Shown here in pieces: positions 58,717 to 64,000 of a stretch of 64,000 nt of DNA. The translations under genes were made by a program, and so were the position numbers. This DNA is from Syntrophales bacterium (GTDB taxonomy: Bacteria > Desulfobacterota > Syntrophia > Syntrophales > PHBD01). How positions within the stretch are numbered: the stretch's first letter is position 1; each line of letters begins with the position of its first letter. Under the pieces are notes generated by a model. That model had not been told where the DNA came from. It saw nothing but the letters and a program-made list of their open reading frames with translations, and searched no databases. The stretch is taken from assembly GCA_963668175.1 (NCBI GenBank), contig OY764159.1:1120001-1184000 (forward strand), given 5' to 3'.

Positions 58717-59568
58717 ATGGAAGATGAAAAGATGATTCCAAAGCATACACTCCGGACCGTCATCCGGGCGGCCCTGCAAGAAGATATCGGCCGGCGGGAT
58801 GTAACGACCGCGGCGGTCCTGACCGGCGGGGAAACAGGCAGGGCTCAGGCCGTCGCCAAATCGGACATGGTCGTTGCCGGCCTTGAGGTCTTCCGGGAGA
58901 CGTTTCTCTCCCTCGATGCGACCCTCGTCTTTACCGGCCTTTGTGAGGACGGACGGCCGGCGGCCCCGGGAGACGTGCTGGCGGAGATTTCGGGCCGTCT
59001 TGCATCCATTCTGACGGCCGAGCGTGTGGCTCTCAATCTGTTCCAGCGTATGTGCGGCATCGCCTCGGTGACGAGCCGTTATGTCGCCGCAATCGAGGGG
59101 ACCGGGGCAAAGATCCTCGACACGAGAAAGACCCTGCCCGGTCTCAGGGTGCTGGACAAGTACGCCGTCAAAGTCGGAGGCGGTTTCAACCACCGCTTCG
59201 GTCTCGACGACGGCGTCCTGATTAAGGACAACCATATTGCCGCCGCCGGCGGCATCCGCGAAGCGTTGATGCGCATTCGAGGACAGGTGCCCCATACCAT
59301 GAAGGTGGAGGTGGAGGTCAGGAACCGGCAGGAGCTGGCGGAAGCGCTGGGCTCCGGCGCCGACGTGATCATGCTCGACAACATGAGCCCGGACGATATG
59401 AAGGCGGCTGTTTTCCTGGTCGGCGGCGCGATCCCTCTGGAGGCTTCCGGCAACGTGACCCTGGCGAACGTAAGACAAATAGCGGAGACAGGCGTGGACT
59501 ACATCTCCGTAGGTGCCTTGACCCATTCCGTAACTGCTGCGGATATATCATTGAAGATCAATTCATAA
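58717..59568 (+). CDS. nadC: Nicotinate-nucleotide diphosphorylase (carboxylating)
   Basis: DTRKT, HRFGL, IKDNH, MLDN, EASG. Confidence 0.96.
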   Translation: MEDEKMIPKHTLRTVIRAALQEDIGRRDVTTAAVLTGGETGRAQAVAKSDMVVAGLEVFRETFLSLDATLVFTGLCEDGRPAAPGDVLAEISGRLASILTAERVALNLFQRMCGIASVTSRYVAAIEGTGAKILDTRKTLPGLRVLDKYAVKVGGGFNHRFGLDDGVLIKDNHIAAAGGIREALMRIRGQVPHTMKVEVEVRNRQELAEALGSGADVIMLDNMSPDDMKAAVFLVGGAIPLEASGNVTLANVRQIAETGVDYISVGALTHSVTAADISLKINS

Positions 59569-59653
59569 TCTTCCTTCCTGCGGTTTCAAATCGTGCGTGT
59601 GCATGGTCAAGAAGTCAGGGTGTGGATACAAACAGTATTGGTGAGGATGTCTC

Positions 59654-60475
59654 ATGGATAGCGAGTCTGATACCCGGCATCCGTCCGATATCAGCGAACA
59701 GGCCATCAGCGAACGAATGCGTGGATCGGTAATCGGCCGAGTTGTCCATTATCTGGACGAAATCGATTCGACGAACGCTTACGCGTTCAAGGCGGCCCTT
59801 AGGGGGGCGCCGGAAGGGACCGTCGTCGTTGCGGACCGGCAAACGAAGGGGAGGGGCCGCCTGGACAGAACCTGGGAATCGCCGCCCCGCTGCAACATCT
59901 ATACGTCGCTTATCCTGAGACCCGATATCGAGCTTGTTCGCGCCCCGCAATTGACGCTGTTGGCGGGCGTGGCCGTCGCCGAAGCGATCGACGCCCTCTG
60001 TCCGGGACTGGCGACGCTCAAGTGGCCGAATGACGTTCAGATCCGGGGGAAAAAGGTATGCGGCATCCTGACGGAGATGAGGAGCACCGCTTCGGGAATC
60101 GATAGCGTCGTCGTCGGCATCGGCATCAATGTGAACCTGTCTATGGCCGATGCCAGCCCGGATATCAGGGATATGGCCATTTCCCTGAGAGAAGCGGCTC
60201 AGAAGGAATTCTCGCGGTTGGATGTACTCGCCGCGCTTTATGGCGCATTTGAGAGGCTGTACGGTGTTTTTCTCAGGGAGGGTTTTGCGCCCGTCAGGTT
60301 GCAGTGGCTGAAATTCTTCGGCATGACGGGACAGCGGATACAAGTTGCGTTTAAGGATCAAATAGAAACCGGCAAGGTGGCGGGGATCGACCATGACGGC
60401 GCCCTGCTCATCATCGACGAGAAAGGGACCGAGCGACGAATCTATGCCGGCGATGCCACCATTGTTAAGGAGTAA
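59654..60475 (+). CDS. birA: Biotin--protein ligase (no N-terminal HTH)
   Basis: DSTN, QTKGRGR, KWPND, KVCGIL, GIGIN. Confidence 0.92.
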   Translation: MDSESDTRHPSDISEQAISERMRGSVIGRVVHYLDEIDSTNAYAFKAALRGAPEGTVVVADRQTKGRGRLDRTWESPPRCNIYTSLILRPDIELVRAPQLTLLAGVAVAEAIDALCPGLATLKWPNDVQIRGKKVCGILTEMRSTASGIDSVVVGIGINVNLSMADASPDIRDMAISLREAAQKEFSRLDVLAALYGAFERLYGVFLREGFAPVRLQWLKFFGMTGQRIQVAFKDQIETGKVAGIDHDGALLIIDEKGTERRIYAGDATIVKE

Positions 60476-60478
60476 CTT

Positions 60479-61264
60479 ATGCTATTGGTTATAGATGTCG
60501 GTAATACGAATACGGTCCTGGGGGTGTTCGACGGGATGGAATTGATTCACGACTGGCGTATCCGCACCGTCGTCGACCACACGGTCGATGAATACGGGAT
60601 GCTGATCTATACGCTTTACAAGACCAGCCGCATCAGTTCGCGGGTCGTCGATGATATCATCATATCCTGCGTCGTCCCGCCCATGCTCAACATCCTGGAA
60701 CCCCTATGCGAAAAATATTTCAACATCAAGCCCCTGATTGTAGGACCCGGTGTGAAGACGGGCATGCCCATCTATTACGACAACCCCCGGGAAGTGGGGG
60801 CCGACCGCATCGTGAACGCCGTTGCCGCATTCGAAAAATACGGCAAGGAATTGATCATTGTCGACTTCGGGACCGCCACGACCTTCGACTATGTTTCGGC
60901 GAAGGGGGAATACATGGGCGGCTGCATTGCCCCGGGCATCATGATATCGAGCGAAGCGCTGTTCGAACGGGCCGCGAAGCTCCCGCGGGTGGAACTCAGC
61001 AGACCCAAGTCGATCATCGCCAAGGATACGAGCAGCAGCATGCAGGCCGGCATCATGTTCGGCTATGCGGGGCTCGTCGACGGCATCGTGGAGCGCATCA
61101 AGGCCGAAGTGAAAACGAATCCCAAGGTCGTTGCCACGGGAGGGTTGGCCAAGGTTATCGCGCCGGAAACGCGGACGATCGACGTCGTCGATGAGATGCT
61201 CACCCTCGAAGGCCTCAGGCTGATACACGGCCGCAACAGACCGTTGGGAACGGAAACATGCTGA
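60479..61264 (+). CDS. coaX: Type III pantothenate kinase
   Basis: IDVGNTN, GADR, DFGTATT, GGCIAPG. Confidence 0.95.
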   Translation: MLLVIDVGNTNTVLGVFDGMELIHDWRIRTVVDHTVDEYGMLIYTLYKTSRISSRVVDDIIISCVVPPMLNILEPLCEKYFNIKPLIVGPGVKTGMPIYYDNPREVGADRIVNAVAAFEKYGKELIIVDFGTATTFDYVSAKGEYMGGCIAPGIMISSEALFERAAKLPRVELSRPKSIIAKDTSSSMQAGIMFGYAGLVDGIVERIKAEVKTNPKVVATGGLAKVIAPETRTIDVVDEMLTLEGLRLIHGRNRPLGTETC

Positions 61265-61896
61265 ATGTCGGATTGACGGGCGGAATCGGCTGCGGAAAAT
61301 CAACCGTGGCCAAGATGCTTGCCGACAAGGGCGCCCACGTGATCGATTTCGACGTCCTGACGCACCGGGTCCAGGAACCCGGCCAGGCGGCCTGGCGGGC
61401 CATTATCGACCGCTTCGGCGAAGGCGTTTTGAATCCCGACCGCACGATCGATCGCACGCGGCTCGGATCGGTGGTCCTTGCGGACCCGGAGAAACTCCGA
61501 CATCTCAACGACATTGTCCACCCCGTCGTCCTGGCGGAGTGGCGTCGGCTGCTTGCGGAGATAGAGAAGGGGCATCCCGAGGCGATCGTGCTGTCCGATA
61601 TCCCGCTCTTAATCGAGGCAGGCCTGAAAGGCCTCTTCGACCTGGTCGTCCTGGTCTACGCATCGCCTGAAGATCAGATCAGGCGCATCATGGAGAGGAA
61701 CGGCTACAGCCGGGACGAAGCACAAAAAAGGCTTTCCGTCCAGATGCCCATCGACGAAAAACTCAAGCATGCCGACATCGTCGTCCGCAACGAGGCGTCC
61801 CTCGACCGGACGCGGGACGATGTGGACCAGGTATGGAAGGAATTCATTGCCAAAGAACGAGAAAAGCGAAAAGGCAATACCATAAAGGGAGGTTAA
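61258..61896 (+). CDS. coaE: Dephospho-CoA kinase
   Basis: [21 protein letters not shown]. Confidence 0.95.
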   Translation: MLNVGLTGGIGCGKSTVAKMLADKGAHVIDFDVLTHRVQEPGQAAWRAIIDRFGEGVLNPDRTIDRTRLGSVVLADPEKLRHLNDIVHPVVLAEWRRLLAEIEKGHPEAIVLSDIPLLIEAGLKGLFDLVVLVYASPEDQIRRIMERNGYSRDEAQKRLSVQMPIDEKLKHADIVVRNEASLDRTRDDVDQVWKEFIAKEREKRKGNTIKGG

Positions 61897-61900
61897 GAGC

Positions 61901-62515
61901 ATGATAGAGAAGAATGTCGTTACAGATTTCAGTCCCACTGCCTTTGATCCGGTTATCGATCCGACAACGTATGTGCATCCCCTGGCTTCGGTTATCGGTA
62001 ATGTCATCCTGGGCAAAAACATCATGGTGTCTCCGACGGCGTGCATCCGGGGGGACGAGGGGCAGCCGCTGTTCGTCGGCGACGACTCCAATGTCCAGGA
62101 CGGCGTCGTCATTCACGCCCTGGAGACGGAGAGCCACGGGAAACCGGTGGAGAAGAACCTTTGCGAAGTGGGCGGCAGGAAATACGGCGTCTATGTCGGC
62201 TGTCGGGTGTCCATGGCCCATCAGGCCCAGGTGCACGGACCGGCCGTGGTCCTCGACGATACTTTCGTCGGGATGAAGGCCCTGGTTTTCAAGGCCTCAG
62301 TCGGTAAAAATTGCGTGGTGGAGCCGGGCGCGATCCTTCTTGGCGTGAAGGTGGCGGACGGCCGGTACGTACCCGCGGGTTCCATTGTGAACAGCCAGAG
62401 CCAGGCGGACGCGCTGCCGGCGATTACGAACGATTATGCCTTTAAGGACCTGAATAAAGGCGTTGTGCACGTGAATACGTCCCTGGCGAAGGGATATCTG
62501 GCGGCGAAAAAGTAG
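61901..62515 (+). CDS. Gamma-class carbonic anhydrase, Cam-type
   Basis: IRGDEG, NVQDGVVIHALE, SMAHQAQVHGP hexapeptide repeats with three His ligands. Confidence 0.9.
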   Translation: MIEKNVVTDFSPTAFDPVIDPTTYVHPLASVIGNVILGKNIMVSPTACIRGDEGQPLFVGDDSNVQDGVVIHALETESHGKPVEKNLCEVGGRKYGVYVGCRVSMAHQAQVHGPAVVLDDTFVGMKALVFKASVGKNCVVEPGAILLGVKVADGRYVPAGSIVNSQSQADALPAITNDYAFKDLNKGVVHVNTSLAKGYLAAKK

Positions 62516-62521
62516 GACGGC

Positions 62522-62992
62522 ATGACGGCACCGGATCACACATACCTTTTCCGGGAGGCGCTCTGGAAGGCCGAAGGGACTTACCGGGACACGGCGGGGG
62601 CGGTTTACCCCGTTGAGGGAGAATCGACGGTCAGCCACGGCGCCGATGCCTGGTCCATTGAAGGGTATCTGCGCCTCTTCGGCGACGAGAGGGCGGCCTT
62701 CGTTACGAGCTGTCGGGTTGAGCCCTTCGCGACGGCGGCGGTGTATACCTCCTGGGTATCGGACAGCCCGCATCTCGGCAGGATGGAGGGCCGGTTCGCC
62801 GTCGTCGAGGATGTGATCCTGTCCCATTTCCAGTCGGATGACGGACACTGCGGCGGTTCGGAATGTTTCCGGAGGATTGACGCCCATACGTATCGAAGCC
62901 GCGGAGTCCTTTACAGAGATGGAAGCCTTGTGTCGTCCTGGGCCGTGCATTGGGCCATGCGCCGCGGAACGGGAGGAAAAAAGCGAACATGA
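62522..62992 (+). CDS. Hypothetical protein (beta-rich)
   Basis: Tightly coupled operon position (6-nt gap upstream, ATGA overlap with queF). Confidence 0.65.
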   Translation: MTAPDHTYLFREALWKAEGTYRDTAGAVYPVEGESTVSHGADAWSIEGYLRLFGDERAAFVTSCRVEPFATAAVYTSWVSDSPHLGRMEGRFAVVEDVILSHFQSDDGHCGGSECFRRIDAHTYRSRGVLYRDGSLVSSWAVHWAMRRGTGGKKRT

Positions 62993-63426
62993 CAAAGAAG
63001 AAAGCGACTCCAAAAATGGCATCGAAAAAGGGACGTTCCCCTGCCGCGGCCGGGCTGACCATCCTCGGCAGGGAGGCGAAGCCGGCACGGGTCCTGGAGA
63101 CGTTCCCGAACCGGCATCCCGGGAGGGACTATACCGTCACCCTGCGGACGGACGAATTCACGTGCGTCTGTCCCGTCACCGGACAGCCCGATTTTGCCCG
63201 GATAACGATCAAGTATATCCCGGACAAGGTCATCGTCGAATCCAAGTCGCTGAAGATGTATTTTCAGTCTTTTCGTAACGAAGGCGTTTTTCACGAGCAC
63301 GTGACCAACATGATCCTCGACGACCTGGTGTCCGTTCTCAAGCCCAAGTGGTGTCTGGTCACCGGCGATTTTTCCGTGCGCGGCGGAATCGCCATCGTCG
63401 TGGACGCCGAGTACGGGAAGAAGTGA
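62989..63426 (+). CDS. queF: NADPH-dependent preQ0 reductase (type I)
   Basis: EFTCVCPVTGQPDF, VESKSLK, FHE, RGG. Confidence 0.95.
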   Translation: MTKKKATPKMASKKGRSPAAAGLTILGREAKPARVLETFPNRHPGRDYTVTLRTDEFTCVCPVTGQPDFARITIKYIPDKVIVESKSLKMYFQSFRNEGVFHEHVTNMILDDLVSVLKPKWCLVTGDFSVRGGIAIVVDAEYGKK

Positions 63427-63433
63427 GGAGACC

Positions 63434-64000
63434 ATGCCCCATTACCGCTGGTTCGCGACGATAACCGCCGTTTTTGTCACGAGCCTCATCGTCTCCAATA
63501 TTATCGCCGTGAAGCTGATTTCGGTGGGGCCTTTGGCCCTGACTGCGGCCGTGGTGATCTTTCCCGTTTCCTATATCTTCGGCGACGTCCTGACGGAGGT
63601 TTACGGGTATGGACGCGCCCGCCAGGTCATCTGGATCGGTTTCGGCTGCAACGTGCTCGCCGTGGCGGCGATTTACTTAAGTATCCGCCTGCCCGCGTCC
63701 CCTTTCTGGGCGGCCGGTTCCCTGGAGTCCGCGCAGGCCTCCCAGCAAGCCTATGAAGCCGTTCTGGGATTCGCTCCGCGGCTTCTTCTGGCTTCGTTTA
63801 TCGCCTATCTCGTGGGCGAGTTCGTCAATTCGTTCATCATGGCCAAGATGAAGATCCTGAGCCGCGGCCGCCACTTATGGATGCGGACCATCGGCTCTAC
63901 CGTCGTCGGCCAGTTGGTCGATTCGGGGATTTTCATCCTGGTAGCCTTTGTCGGCGTCGTCCCCACCGACCGGCTGGTTCCCATCATCGTCTCCCAGTGG
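63434..64000 (+). CDS. yhhQ: Queuosine precursor transporter YhhQ (3' truncated)
   Basis: SNIIAVK, FPVSYIFGDVLTEVYG, PRLLLAS, RTIGST; directly after queF. Confidence 0.88.
   Translation, partial: MPHYRWFATITAVFVTSLIVSNIIAVKLISVGPLALTAAVVIFPVSYIFGDVLTEVYGYGRARQVIWIGFGCNVLAVAAIYLSIRLPASPFWAAGSLESAQASQQAYEAVLGFAPRLLLASFIAYLVGEFVNSFIMAKMKILSRGRHLWMRTIGSTVVGQLVDSGIFILVAFVGVVPTDRLVPIIVSQW

Noticed and set aside
56067..58763. 898-aa antisense ORF, and similar long antisense ORFs at 42518-44137, 52908-54638, 45407-46915 and 47965-49374
   Set aside because: These are mirror frames of well-supported genes, expected from GC-rich codon bias; no motifs or RBS.
1..64000. CRISPR arrays, IS elements, Sec/Pyl read-through
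   Set aside because: By eye I saw no regularly spaced repeats, transposase motifs or in-frame stops inside conserved domains, apart from the frameshift near 4591.

Overview
GC-rich bacterial chromosomal window. Gene content and protein style suggest an anaerobic Desulfobacterota/Syntrophales-like organism (inference). It is mostly housekeeping: metF, tRNA-Arg(CCG), rplU-rpmA-obgE-proB, uvrC, mobB, mutM, hldD-recA-recX-alaS, pgk-truA-rfbD, mutL-miaA, valS-nadC-birA-coaX-coaE and queF-yhhQ. I saw no integrase, transposase, phage gene or CRISPR array. The most interesting parts are: (1) a KamA-type lysine 2,3-aminomutase followed by two divergent Ddl-like ATP-grasp ligases, a candidate pathway for an uncharacterised beta-lysine-containing peptide; (2) a KdnB/KdnA-like pair next to hldD, suggesting 8-amino-Kdo LPS in an anaerobe; (3) an lsrF-like thiolase, Zn-dehydrogenase and class II aldolase operon with no other lsr genes; (4) a sigma54-style promoter layout (tandem palindromes, IHF box, -24 element) in front of an orphan 73-aa ORF; (5) an unannotated promoter-bearing ~200-nt structured RNA candidate; (6) a Methanosarcina Cam-type gamma carbonic anhydrase; (7) a frameshifted small gene and a 57-aa gene missed by the ORF track. 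All family assignments come from recognising motifs by eye, not from database searches.
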